Shown here: piece after piece, positions 39,736-49,165 of the stretch
Numbering within the stretch: position 1 is the first letter of the stretch
How the letters are laid out: each line of letters opens with the position of its first letter
Assembly (NCBI GenBank): GCA_937952265.1
Contig: CALFYW010000055.1
Coordinates: 58,478 to 122,477, forward strand
Source of the DNA: an uncultured bacterium
Lineage (GTDB): Bacteria; Patescibacteriota; Minisyncoccia; Phycocordibacterales; GCA-2401445
Direction: 5' to 3'
Length of the DNA: 64,000 nt
Made by a program: the position numbers and the translations under genes
The notes under the pieces: generated by a model
What the model saw: the letters and a program-made list of their open reading frames with translations, nothing else
Told to the model about the DNA's origin: nothing
Database searches by the model: none

Positions 39736-40521
39736 CTAAAGATGAATTTCTGCAACAAGCTCAGTTCCATCAAGCAGATAGAGCCTACTACTTGTTGCGG
39801 AGACCTTCATAAACCGCACCTCACCTCCTTTATAGACAGGTTGTCGGTTTTGTGTTCCTCGAGTATCAATTTCAAGGGCATATATTCCGTTTTGGTCTCC
39901 AATAAGCAAGAGGTGATCTTCTTCTTTAAAGAAGTCGATATTATTAATCTCACCAATGATATCTCCGGTAGGTATGTTTCGGGTTAATTGGCAGGGGGTA
40001 TTTTGAGCGCAAAACCACTCGGGTGGTTTCCGTTCAGGGAGCCATGATGCCTTAAGTGCCCCATCTTCAATCCAAATGGCAACATTTCCTGAAGGTGAGA
40101 TTCGTCGTGTGTTTGTAGGGGGTTTGATATTTCGGAGCGTTGCTTTAATTGTTTGGTATTCAGGGTCTCCCGTAGGAATCAAAAGGCCGGTAGTATTTTT
40201 TTTAATCAAAAAAGGGAAGAGTGTCGTGGGGGTTTCAGGGTGTGGGGTTATGGTTTTAACCCATGGCCAATATTTGTCTTCTGCAATAAGAACCGTATGT
40301 TTTTTTTCGGTTGAGAGCTCAAAGCTAAGCTCTTTTTCAGTATCTCGATGTCTTTGTTCCGAAGTATCGATGAAGACACGTGCATCTGCCTCGGGGAGTG
40401 TAAAGCGTACGACCCCTTTGGGAGTTCGGTTGAAAACAAGGAGGGAGATACTCCCTATAATTGCAATACCAATAAATATCCACAGAATCCGATAAAATAG
40501 AGGCTTTCGTCTTGGTTCCAT
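39736..40521 (-). CDS. Hypothetical membrane-anchored protein
   Basis: N-terminal TM helix (ILWIFIGIAIIGSISLLVF). No motif recognised. Confidence 0.35.
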   Translation of the reverse strand: MEPRRKPLFYRILWIFIGIAIIGSISLLVFNRTPKGVVRFTLPEADARVFIDTSEQRHRDTEKELSFELSTEKKHTVLIAEDKYWPWVKTITPHPETPTTLFPFLIKKNTTGLLIPTGDPEYQTIKATLRNIKPPTNTRRISPSGNVAIWIEDGALKASWLPERKPPEWFCAQNTPCQLTRNIPTGDIIGEINNIDFFKEEDHLLLIGDQNGIYALEIDTRGTQNRQPVYKGGEVRFMKVSATSSRLYLLDGTELVAEIHL

Positions 40522-40572
40522 GAGTATATAGTTCCAGAAATGGAGAGAAAATTCAAATCAGCGCGGCGTGTC

Positions 40573-42114
40573 CTATTTACCAGCCGATAACAGAGTAATT
40601 TTTGCGCCAAGTGAGTTAAGTCGAGCGATAATATCCTCATAGCCTCGATTGATGCTGTAGATATTGCGAAGTGTCGATACTCCTTTTGCCGCGAGCATAC
40701 CAATAAGGATAATAGCTCCAGGTCGAAGGGCGGGCGGAGTAATTACTTCATTCGCGATTAGATTCGTGGGGCCGGTAATATAGATTCGGTGTGGATCCGC
40801 AAGAATAGTTTCTGCTCCGAGTTTATCGAGTTCTTTGTAATAAATTGCCCGTTCCTCATAAACCCAATCGTGAATAAAGGTTTGACCTTTTGCCTGGGTT
40901 GCAATCACCGCAAAAAAAGGAAGGTTGTCGATATTGAGCCCTGGGTACGGGCGCGATTCTATTTTCTCTTCAAGGGCGCTTAGCGTACTCGGAAATGTCT
41001 TTATGTCTACCAGATTCGTTTTTTCATTAAGTGCTTTATACCTTTTAAGAATGGTGTATTTAAATCCCATTTTCTCGAGTTTCAGAAGCTCGAGTTCAAG
41101 GAAGTCGATAGGGCATCGGCGGATGGTGATGGCGGATCGAGTTACAATTGCTGCGGAGAGAAAGAACATCGCTTCAATCGGGTCTTCGCTCACCGCATAG
41201 GTAATATCAGTATTAATATCGGGTTTTCCTTCTATCGTAAGTGTGGTCGTACCAATTCCTTGAATAGTAACTCCGAGAGTCTCCAAGAAGAAACATAAAT
41301 CTTGCACTTGGTAATTTGCCGATGCAAATTTGATTACGGTTTTCCCAGGGATACGAGCCGCCGCCATAATGGCATTTTCGGTAACGGTATCACCAGATTC
41401 ATACAGCACTACTTCATTGGGGGTGAGTGTGTGGCGACTGATATGGTAATCTTCTTCTTTCGAGACAATAGAGACCCCAAATCGCTCAAGCGCAAAAAGG
41501 TGGGGCTTAACCGTGCGTGAGCCAAGTTTACATCCACCCGGGTGGGGTAGTGAGAATTTCTTAAAATAATGAATAAGCGGCCCAAAGAGGAGCGCAATAC
41601 TGCGTGTACGGACCGCAGAGGCGCGATTGATATGTGTGATGTCGATATGATCTGGCGGAGTAATTTCCATTGCACTGTCGTTCCATCGAACTATGACACC
41701 GATACTTTCGAGCACTTCAACAAGCCGAAACACCTCTTCAATACGTGGCATGTTCTTGAGCGTGGTCTTTCCTTGGTTGAGTAGTGAGGCAGCCATAAGG
41801 GCAACCGCACCATTTTTTGATGTCTTAATGGTTACCTCGCCTTTAAGTTTATGTCTCCCTTCAATTTGAATATTAATCGCATCATTACCGAGAGTGATCA
41901 CAGGTGTGTTGAGGGCACTACTTACCCGCGCAATCATTTCAGTGCTCATATTTTGCTCACCTCGCTCAATACGGGCAATCGCGCTTTGGGTGGTTTGAAC
42001 GCGTGTCGCGAGTTCGTGTTGCGTAATTCCTTTTTTGTCACGAATCCTCTGAATCCTCTCTCCCAGGGCTTCTGACCCTGGGGTGAGCACCTCTTTTCTA
42101 ACTCCTTTTTTCAT
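40573..42114 (-). CDS. murA: XRE-HTH domain fused to UDP-N-acetylglucosamine 1-carboxyvinyltransferase (MurA)
   Basis: Residues about 15-75 form an XRE HTH (LGERIQRIRDKKGITQHELATRVQTTQSAIARIERGEQNMSTEMIARVSSAL). The remainder aligns with MurA along its length (KLKGEVTIKTSKNGAVALMAA..., C-terminal NRGYEDIIARLNSLGAKI). Start set at MKKGV (ATG at 42114); the ORF-track extension to 42156 runs through a palindrome. Confidence 0.8.
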   Translation of the reverse strand: MKKGVRKEVLTPGSEALGERIQRIRDKKGITQHELATRVQTTQSAIARIERGEQNMSTEMIARVSSALNTPVITLGNDAINIQIEGRHKLKGEVTIKTSKNGAVALMAASLLNQGKTTLKNMPRIEEVFRLVEVLESIGVIVRWNDSAMEITPPDHIDITHINRASAVRTRSIALLFGPLIHYFKKFSLPHPGGCKLGSRTVKPHLFALERFGVSIVSKEEDYHISRHTLTPNEVVLYESGDTVTENAIMAAARIPGKTVIKFASANYQVQDLCFFLETLGVTIQGIGTTTLTIEGKPDINTDITYAVSEDPIEAMFFLSAAIVTRSAITIRRCPIDFLELELLKLEKMGFKYTILKRYKALNEKTNLVDIKTFPSTLSALEEKIESRPYPGLNIDNLPFFAVIATQAKGQTFIHDWVYEERAIYYKELDKLGAETILADPHRIYITGPTNLIANEVITPPALRPGAIILIGMLAAKGVSTLRNIYSINRGYEDIIARLNSLGAKITLLSAGK

Positions 42115-42122
42115 AGTAAAAG

Positions 42123-42144
42123 TATATAGCATATATGCTATATA
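42123..42144. promoter_or_regulatory. 22-bp perfect palindrome TATATAGCATATATGCTATATA immediately upstream of the HTH-murA start; candidate operator
   Basis: Read directly from the sequence. Lies about 9 bp upstream of the ATG at 42114, in the 120-bp divergent spacer between murA and mreB. Confidence 0.45.
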
Positions 42145-42240
42145 TGCAAACCTCATTAGCTCTCTTACATACCCCCCCTTCTTATTTTATAGGTTTAATG
42201 CTTGTTTTTTCGTATCTTACCTATGCTATAATAGGTGTTC

Positions 42241-43257
42241 ATGAGCTTTTTTTCTTCAAAACTGGGGATTGATTTAGGAACGGCAAATACTTTGGTATTT
42301 TTACCCGGCAAAGGAGTGGTGCTTACGGAGCCCTCGGTTGTCGCGGTATCAGAAATAGATAACCGTATTCTTGCGGTAGGACTTGAGGCTAAGAGTATGA
42401 TCGGCAAGACTCCAGAAAGTATCATTGCATACCGTCCCATGAAAGATGGTGTTATCGCTGATTATCGAGTAACTGAAGCAATGCTTCGATACTATATTGG
42501 CAAGGCGCTTGGAAAATTGAATTTCTTTAAACCAGATGTGCTTGTCTCGGTTCCCGCGGGAGTAACATCAACTGAACGGCGTGCGGTAATTGAAGCTGCG
42601 ATAAAAGCAGGAGCTAAGAACGCGTATGTGGTTAAGGAACCCATTCTAGCCGCGATTGGTGCTGGTATTCCAATTCATGAGGCTCGCGGGCATATGATCA
42701 TTGATATTGGTGGTGGTACAACCGATGTTGCGGTTATTTCGCTTGGAGGAATTGTATCTTCAACGTCAGTGAAATGCGCGGGAAACCGAATTGATGCGGC
42801 AATCGCGGATTATATTAAAAGAACCTTTAACCTTGCGATTGGAGACCAAATGGCTGAAGAAATAAAAATCAATGTGGGATCCGCGGTACCACTCGAGGAG
42901 GAACTTTCAACCATGGTAAAGGGAAGAGACTATATCACGGGCATGCCCCGCACGACCGAGATTCGAAGCAATGAAATTGTCAAAGCAATCTCTCGTGAAT
43001 TACGGGAAATGATTAAAGCAGTAAAGGATGTGCTTCAAGAGACTCCTCCAGAGCTTGCCGCTGATATTATTGATCAGGGTATTACCATGACCGGTGGTTC
43101 ATCTCAGTTGCGAAATCTCACCGAGTTAATTTATCGTCGTACCGGTGTAAAGGCGGTACTTGCACCTGATCCTTTCTACTGTGTTGCTCGCGGCACGGGG
43201 GTTGCGCTTGAACACCTTGATGTTTACAAGAAGAGTATTATCTCAAAACGTAAATAA
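42241..43257 (+). CDS. mreB: Rod shape-determining protein MreB (copy 1)
   Basis: LGIDLGTANTLVF...EPSVVAV and actin-fold motifs throughout. Confidence 0.9.
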   Translation: MSFFSSKLGIDLGTANTLVFLPGKGVVLTEPSVVAVSEIDNRILAVGLEAKSMIGKTPESIIAYRPMKDGVIADYRVTEAMLRYYIGKALGKLNFFKPDVLVSVPAGVTSTERRAVIEAAIKAGAKNAYVVKEPILAAIGAGIPIHEARGHMIIDIGGGTTDVAVISLGGIVSSTSVKCAGNRIDAAIADYIKRTFNLAIGDQMAEEIKINVGSAVPLEEELSTMVKGRDYITGMPRTTEIRSNEIVKAISRELREMIKAVKDVLQETPPELAADIIDQGITMTGGSSQLRNLTELIYRRTGVKAVLAPDPFYCVARGTGVALEHLDVYKKSIISKRK

Positions 43258-43261
43258 GAAT

Positions 43262-43966
43262 ATGGAGGCACGTGCTAGACTCCACGAACTCATCCCTTCG
43301 CCCCCCGCGCTTCATCACGCATACCTTATTACTGGTATGTCTAAAGACCGAGCGCGCCAAGAGTTTGAGGAGTTTACCCACACACGCTGTGGCATGCCGT
43401 TTAAAGGGAATCCGGATGTATTGTTTTTTGAATTTATTGCGCTAGGAATTAGTGATAGTCGGATGCTCTATGGGCGCGCGATAGTAAAACCGATCCAGTA
43501 CCATCAAAAGCTCATCGGTATTTTTTTTGAAAGTATGACCCTTGAGGCGCAAAATGCGCTGTTGAAGCTTTTTGAACATCCTCCGCTCGGCACACATTTT
43601 TTTCTTTTTGGAAGTGAGGATGAATTGATTCCAACACTCAGTTCTCGGCTTTATTCCCTTCGAGTAAGAGAAGCACGGGTGGACGCTTCTGATACCGCGC
43701 ATGATTTTCTTCAGAGCAGTGTCTCAAAGCGTATGGAGTTGGTAGAGACATTATGTCGATCACTTAAGAATGAATCAAAAAGCAAACGAGAAGTGGGTAT
43801 CTTCCTCGAGACACTCGAGCGTCTCATGTATGAGAAAAATAAAACACAGTTGCCAGTTAAAACATTGTTCGAAATCCAAAAAATACGAAGCTATCTTTTT
43901 GATCGGGGAGCATCGGTAAAGATGCTCTTAGAATATCTCGCGCTGACCTTACCTCGGGTCCATTGA
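43262..43966 (+). CDS. holB: DNA polymerase III delta' subunit-like (HolB)
   Basis: HHAYLITG replaces a functional P-loop, as in delta-prime. An SRC-like box LSSRLYSL is present. The ATG at 43262 lies 5 bp after the mreB stop. Confidence 0.55.
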   Translation: MEARARLHELIPSPPALHHAYLITGMSKDRARQEFEEFTHTRCGMPFKGNPDVLFFEFIALGISDSRMLYGRAIVKPIQYHQKLIGIFFESMTLEAQNALLKLFEHPPLGTHFFLFGSEDELIPTLSSRLYSLRVREARVDASDTAHDFLQSSVSKRMELVETLCRSLKNESKSKREVGIFLETLERLMYEKNKTQLPVKTLFEIQKIRSYLFDRGASVKMLLEYLALTLPRVH

Positions 43967-43998
43967 ATTCTGTGAGGGTTTGGTTACAATAAGTAGGC

Positions 43999-44550
43999 AT
44001 GGCATATTCATTTACACAACTTGATAAAGAGATTCAGGAGAGTGTTGTCTGGCTTTCTCAAGAAATGGGAAATATCAGAACAAGTAGGGCAACCCCCGCA
44101 CTCCTCGATAGCGTTCGGGTGCTTGCGTACGGCGTACAAATGCCGTTGAATCAAGTCGCCACGATTTCAATTGAAGATCCGCGGACATTGCGTATTGCTC
44201 CTTGGGATCAGGCACAGTTGAAAGAGATCGAACGAGCAATTATGCTTGCCGATCTTGGGGTGTCGGTAGCGCTTGATGATACCGGTGCCAGAGTCTCATT
44301 CCCTGAATTGACTGCTGAACGCAGAGAGGCGCTGAAGAAAATTGCAAAAGAACGCCTCGAAGAAGCGCGAAAACGTCTTCGTCAGATTCGTGATGACGTG
44401 TGGAATGATATTCAAGAGAGTGAAGCACAAGGAATATTAAGCGAGGATGAGAAATTTCGTTGCAAGGACGAGATGCAAAAGCGGATTGATAAGGGCAATG
44501 GCTCGCTTGAGGATCTATTTTTTCGAAAAGATAAAGAGATCAGTCAGTAA
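43999..44550 (+). CDS. frr: Ribosome recycling factor
   Basis: 183 aa, with ...LDSVRVLAYGVQMPLNQVATISIEDPRTLRIAPWDQ... Confidence 0.9.
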   Translation: MAYSFTQLDKEIQESVVWLSQEMGNIRTSRATPALLDSVRVLAYGVQMPLNQVATISIEDPRTLRIAPWDQAQLKEIERAIMLADLGVSVALDDTGARVSFPELTAERREALKKIAKERLEEARKRLRQIRDDVWNDIQESEAQGILSEDEKFRCKDEMQKRIDKGNGSLEDLFFRKDKEISQ

Positions 44551-44555
44551 ACGCT

Positions 44556-45653
44556 ATGAGTGTTATCATTTTTATTATTATTCTCGCAGTCTTAGTGCTG
44601 GTTCATGAGATCGGGCATTTTCTCACTGCAAAGAATTTAGGAATACGAGTAGATGAATTTGGTATCGGGTTTCCTCCAAAATTAATGAGTAGGAAGGTGG
44701 GGGAGACTCGCTATTCCTTGAACCTCATTCCGTTTGGAGGATTTGTTCGAATTTTTGGGGAGCAGGTTACTGAAGATATGAAAGATTCTCCTGATTGGTC
44801 ACGCAGTTTCCCCGCAAAGCCTCGTTGGGCTCAAGCTATCGTGCTTTCCGGTGGGGTTGCTTTTAATATGTTATTCGCGTGGCTTCTCTTTGCGGTTGGT
44901 TTTATGGTGGGGTTTCCTACCTCAGCCTCCTTAGAAGGAGGTGAGAGGGTGGCTCAACCACAAACGATGATACTTGAAGTGGTGTCCAACTCTCCTGCAG
45001 AAGAAGCAGGTTTAAAGTCAGGAGACAGTATCCTTTCTTTGTCTCAAGGAGAGATGTCGCTTGATGCGGTTAATGCGCCCATTGAAGATATTCGAGCGTT
45101 TATCAATAGCGCAGGTACCCAAACACTTAACGTAACTATCGAACGAGGAGAGACAACTCAGGATGTATTGCTCATACCGCGCGAAGACGTGGTCCCTGGG
45201 CGTTTTGCGATCGGAGTTTCAATGGATAAAATCGGCATTCTCAAATTACCTTGGTGGAGCGCGATCATCGAAGGCGCCAAATCAACCTTCTCATTATCAG
45301 CCGCGGTGGTCATTGGCCTTTTTCAATTTTTTACTGATGCGTTTTCAGGAGGGGCAGACCTCTCGCAGGTAACAGGTCCCGTTGGAATTGTCTCTTTGGT
45401 TGGTGACGCATCAACACTCGGATTTGTATATCTGCTTGGTTTTACGGCATTCATTTCAGTACATTTGGCGGTAATCAATCTCGTCCCTTTTCCCGCGCTT
45501 GATGGAGGACGGCTCCTCTTTGTACTGATCGAAGCGTTAAAAGGATCTCCGATTAAAGCACGTATTGCTAATACCTTGAATACCATTGGATTTATCCTCC
45601 TCATTATGCTTATGTTATTCATCACGTATCAAGATATCCTACGTCTTTTTTAA
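44556..45653 (+). CDS. rseP: Site-2 protease RseP-family zinc metalloprotease with PDZ domain
   Basis: HEIGHF HExxH in the first TM segment, a PDZ-like middle region, and a C-terminal LDGG motif (LVPFPALDGGRLL). Confidence 0.85.
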   Translation: MSVIIFIIILAVLVLVHEIGHFLTAKNLGIRVDEFGIGFPPKLMSRKVGETRYSLNLIPFGGFVRIFGEQVTEDMKDSPDWSRSFPAKPRWAQAIVLSGGVAFNMLFAWLLFAVGFMVGFPTSASLEGGERVAQPQTMILEVVSNSPAEEAGLKSGDSILSLSQGEMSLDAVNAPIEDIRAFINSAGTQTLNVTIERGETTQDVLLIPREDVVPGRFAIGVSMDKIGILKLPWWSAIIEGAKSTFSLSAAVVIGLFQFFTDAFSGGADLSQVTGPVGIVSLVGDASTLGFVYLLGFTAFISVHLAVINLVPFPALDGGRLLFVLIEALKGSPIKARIANTLNTIGFILLIMLMLFITYQDILRLF

Positions 45654-45733
45654 GAGGTGTACTGGTTTTTTGGAATTAATAGGGGTCTCCCGTCAAGTAT
45701 TTCTTTTTTAGTTTTTACGGTAAGATAGTAGGA

Positions 45734-46987
45734 ATGAAGCAATCTGCGCTTTTTACAAAAACGCGTCGCAGTGCGCCAGCAGGTGAAGAAGCAAAAAATG
45801 CTTCCTTGTTGATTCGAGCGGGATTTATCCATAAGGAGTCCGCAGGAGTATACGCAATGCTTCCTCTTGGTTTGCGGGTGCTTTCCCGAATTAGTGAGCT
45901 GATTCGGTCTCATATGAATGGGATTGGAGGGCAGGAAGTATTACTTACCGCACTCCAAGATCAAGAGGTGTGGAAGAAGAGTGATCGTTGGGATAGCAAA
46001 TCGGTAGATGTGTGGTTTAAAACAGTGCTTAACAATAAGACTGAAATGGGGCTCGGATTTACGCATGAAGAACCGCTTACCGAGCTTCTCACTAATCATA
46101 TCCAATCGTATCGAGATCTTCCCGCGTTTGTCTACCAGATTCAGCATAAATTTCGAAATGAACTTCGGGCAAAAAGCGGTATGCTTCGTGGTAGGGAATT
46201 CTTGATGAAAGACCTGTATTCTTTTGTACGAAACCCAGAAGAACACAATGCATTTTATGAAAAAATAACCGAGGTATACCGGAAGATTTTTGACGAAGTC
46301 GGTATTGGGAAACACACTTTCTTTACTTTTGCTTCTGGAGGGAGTTTTAGTAAATATTCACACGAATTTCAGACGATCTCAGACGCGGGGGAAGATGTAA
46401 TTTTTCTTGATCGGGATAAAGGTATTGCTATTAATAAAGAGGTGTACACTGAAGCCGTAGCTCAAGAGCTCGGCCTCGACCCGGAGAAGATTACTGAAGA
46501 GAAATCAATTGAGGTAGGAAATATTTTCAGTCTCGGCACGCGTTTCTCTGAAGCATTGAACCTCTCTTTCGTAGACGAAAAAGGAGTGCGTCGTCCCGTA
46601 ATTATGGGAAGTTATGGTATTGGGGTAACTCGTATCATGGGTGTTGTGGCTGAAGTGCTTGGTACTGAGAAAAGCATGGTGTGGCCCAAACGTATTGCAC
46701 CGTTCTCTCTCCATTTGATTTCGTTGGGGAACGATGAGGTAGTACAGAGGAAAGCGGTTGAGCTTTATGAAAAACTTGGTGGAGATCAGGGAAGTGTTTT
46801 ATTTGATGATCGGGATTGTCCTCCGGGAGAGAAGTTTGCTGATGCTGATCTTATTGGCATCCCGTTTCGAGCAATTGTTAGTGAAAAAACATTACGCAAG
46901 GAATCTGTAGAATTTTTTGATCGGCTTCAAGATCAAAAAAGCATAGTGCCATATCAGGTATTTCTCGATCAGTTTTTAGATCACTGA
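45734..46987 (+). CDS. proS: Prolyl-tRNA synthetase (short form without insertion/editing domain)
   Basis: Class II motifs and the N-terminal LFTKTRRSAPAGEEAKNASLLIRAGFI. 417 aa. Confidence 0.85.
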   Translation: MKQSALFTKTRRSAPAGEEAKNASLLIRAGFIHKESAGVYAMLPLGLRVLSRISELIRSHMNGIGGQEVLLTALQDQEVWKKSDRWDSKSVDVWFKTVLNNKTEMGLGFTHEEPLTELLTNHIQSYRDLPAFVYQIQHKFRNELRAKSGMLRGREFLMKDLYSFVRNPEEHNAFYEKITEVYRKIFDEVGIGKHTFFTFASGGSFSKYSHEFQTISDAGEDVIFLDRDKGIAINKEVYTEAVAQELGLDPEKITEEKSIEVGNIFSLGTRFSEALNLSFVDEKGVRRPVIMGSYGIGVTRIMGVVAEVLGTEKSMVWPKRIAPFSLHLISLGNDEVVQRKAVELYEKLGGDQGSVLFDDRDCPPGEKFADADLIGIPFRAIVSEKTLRKESVEFFDRLQDQKSIVPYQVFLDQFLDH

Positions 46988-46990
46988 AAT

Positions 46991-48058
46991 ATGGCACGTA
47001 ACGTGATAAAAAAATTTATCCATTCCCTCTCGAATGATATTGGGATTGACCTGGGTACCGCAAATACCCTGGTGTATTTGCGTGGGAAAGGGATTGTGCT
47101 CAATGAGCCGAGTGTGGTCGCCGTAAATCAAAAGACTGGTACGGTGGTCGCGGTAGGTAATCAGGCGAAGTCAATGATTGGGAGAACTCCTGGGCACGTG
47201 GTCGCGGTGCGCCCGCTTGTTGATGGAGTGATTTCTGATTTTGAGGTAACTGAAGAGATGATTGCATATTTGATAAATAAGACCCAAGGCAATAATCGAA
47301 AATTTTTTGGTCCTCGTGTGGTTGTCGGTGTTCCTTCAGGTATTACCAACGTAGAGACTCGGGCTGTTCGTGATGCCACAAAAAATGCAGGTGCTCGGGA
47401 AGTTTATATTGTTGAGGAGCCTATGGCAGCAGCAATTGGGGTTCGTCTTCCGGTTCGGGATCCGGTAGGAAGTATGATTGTCGATATTGGGGGCGGCACC
47501 ACAGATATCGCGGTTATTGCGCTTGGGGGAATTGTTCGGTCAAAAAATATTCGTATTGCGGGAGACAAATTTAACCAAGATATTATCTCCTATATTCGAA
47601 GTGAGTTTAAGATTTTGATCGGTGAACGTACGGCGGAAGATATTAAGATTTCAATAGGAGCGATCGTTGAATCAGAAGATGGGCCCCTTGAGGCCGCGAT
47701 ACGAGGTCGTGACTTAGTTACCGGTCTTCCTCGGGAAGTGGTAATTACCGACTCTGATATTCGGGAAGCAATCTCGCAATCGATGAATACGCTCGTTGAC
47801 TCGGTAAGGGAAGTACTTGAAACCACCCCACCAGAAATGCTTTCGGATATTATGCATCGAGGCTTACATCTTGTTGGTGGAGGAGCGTTGATAAGGGGCA
47901 TTGGGCCTCTGTTAGAAGAATTTTTAAAAATCCCTATCTACATTGATGAAGATCCCATGACTGCGGTAGCCCGAGGGACGGGGGTTATCCTTGAAGATAT
48001 TGAAGGTTTTCAGGATGTCTTTATTGTAAACGAAGATGACCTACCTCCAAAAAAATAG
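46991..48058 (+). CDS. mreB: Rod shape-determining protein MreB (copy 2)
   Basis: IGIDLGTANTLVYLRGKGIVLNEPSVVAV. Paralogous to copy 1 and sits at the head of the mreCD-mrdA operon. Confidence 0.9.
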   Translation: MARNVIKKFIHSLSNDIGIDLGTANTLVYLRGKGIVLNEPSVVAVNQKTGTVVAVGNQAKSMIGRTPGHVVAVRPLVDGVISDFEVTEEMIAYLINKTQGNNRKFFGPRVVVGVPSGITNVETRAVRDATKNAGAREVYIVEEPMAAAIGVRLPVRDPVGSMIVDIGGGTTDIAVIALGGIVRSKNIRIAGDKFNQDIISYIRSEFKILIGERTAEDIKISIGAIVESEDGPLEAAIRGRDLVTGLPREVVITDSDIREAISQSMNTLVDSVREVLETTPPEMLSDIMHRGLHLVGGGALIRGIGPLLEEFLKIPIYIDEDPMTAVARGTGVILEDIEGFQDVFIVNEDDLPPKK

Positions 48059-48881
48059 TAAAAATTCTCGATCGTATTTACGAGTGGTATTTATCACCCT
48101 CCTCTTTTTAAGCGGAGTGTTTTTCTTGGGAGACACGTTACGGTCGATTGTCCGAGAAGGAATTTCCTTTGTCGCGGTGCCGATTTGGCGTGGTGAACAA
48201 GAGGTTTTTAACTATCTTGGTGGATGGTGGGGTATCTTAGCCTCAAAGCACACTCTTCTTGCAGAAAACAATGAACTCTCTAAAGAGATCCAGGATCTCC
48301 GTATCAGATTACTTGATCGTACTATTTTACGTGAAGAGAACCTACTTTTAAAAGAAGCTCTTGGAAGAATTGACTATGAGAAAAAGACATTGGCGACCGT
48401 GCTTGCAAATCCGTCTCGATCACCTTATGACACATTGATTCTTGATGCTGGAAAGCGAGATGGAGTTTTACTCGGAGATCTCGTGATTGCTGGTGATTCA
48501 GTGATTATCGGTTCGGTATCTCGGGTATCGCAGACGACGAGTGTTGCAGTACTTTTCTCTGCTCCTCAGGTGGTAACTGATGTAATTGTGGGAGGTGATA
48601 TTCGAACCCAGGCATATGGAAGAGGTGGTGGGAATTTTGAGATTCGGGTACCGCGTGATCAGGAAGTTTCTATTGGTGCACCAGTTATTTTTCCACTCCT
48701 GTCACCAAAAGTTTTTGGTTTTATTGAAGAGGTGTATGTGAGTCCCGCCGACTCTTTCCAGACATTGCTTTTTCAGATGCCGGTAAATGTGTTCATGCTT
48801 GAGAGAGTATATCTCATCCCTTCTAGCGGTGTCGCTTCAGAATTAGAGAGTTATTCGGAGCATCTTCGGAGTGAAGAATAA
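48036..48881 (+). CDS. mreC: Rod shape-determining protein MreC
   Basis: N-terminal TM, a coiled coil (LLAENNELSKEIQDLRIRLL), a beta-rich C-terminal domain, and position after mreB. Confidence 0.75.
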   Translation: MTYLQKNSKNSRSYLRVVFITLLFLSGVFFLGDTLRSIVREGISFVAVPIWRGEQEVFNYLGGWWGILASKHTLLAENNELSKEIQDLRIRLLDRTILREENLLLKEALGRIDYEKKTLATVLANPSRSPYDTLILDAGKRDGVLLGDLVIAGDSVIIGSVSRVSQTTSVAVLFSAPQVVTDVIVGGDIRTQAYGRGGGNFEIRVPRDQEVSIGAPVIFPLLSPKVFGFIEEVYVSPADSFQTLLFQMPVNVFMLERVYLIPSSGVASELESYSEHLRSEE

Positions 48882-48884
48882 GTT

Positions 48885-49139
48885 ATGGTGCGTATTATTT
48901 TAACCACCCTGTTTTTTATAAGTATTGTTTTGTTTCCCTGGTGGGTAACGCTTATCTTTGCGTGTTTCCTACTCATAAGCGTTGATCGCCCATTTGAGCT
49001 TGTGGTAGGAGGAGTGGGTATGGACATTCTCTATAGCGGTGGTGGCGAGGGGGGTATTGTCTGGCTTGCTACCATTATCGGCATACTCTTCTTTATGCTC
49101 TCACGGATCATTCGATCCCGATTACGTTTAAGCTCCTGA
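48885..49139 (+). CDS. MreD-like small membrane protein
   Basis: 84-aa protein with two TM segments in the mreD position between mreC and PBP2. Shorter than typical MreD. Confidence 0.35.
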   Translation: MVRIILTTLFFISIVLFPWWVTLIFACFLLISVDRPFELVVGGVGMDILYSGGGEGGIVWLATIIGILFFMLSRIIRSRLRLSS

Positions 49140-49165
49140 CGCGGGGCCTATGTTATGATAAAGAC

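Noticed and set aside
42115-42156. 14-codon N-terminal extension (MRFAYIAYMLYTFT) of the HTH-murA ORF
   Set aside because: The codons are produced by reading through the 22-bp AT palindrome. MKKGV at 42114 is the more plausible start.
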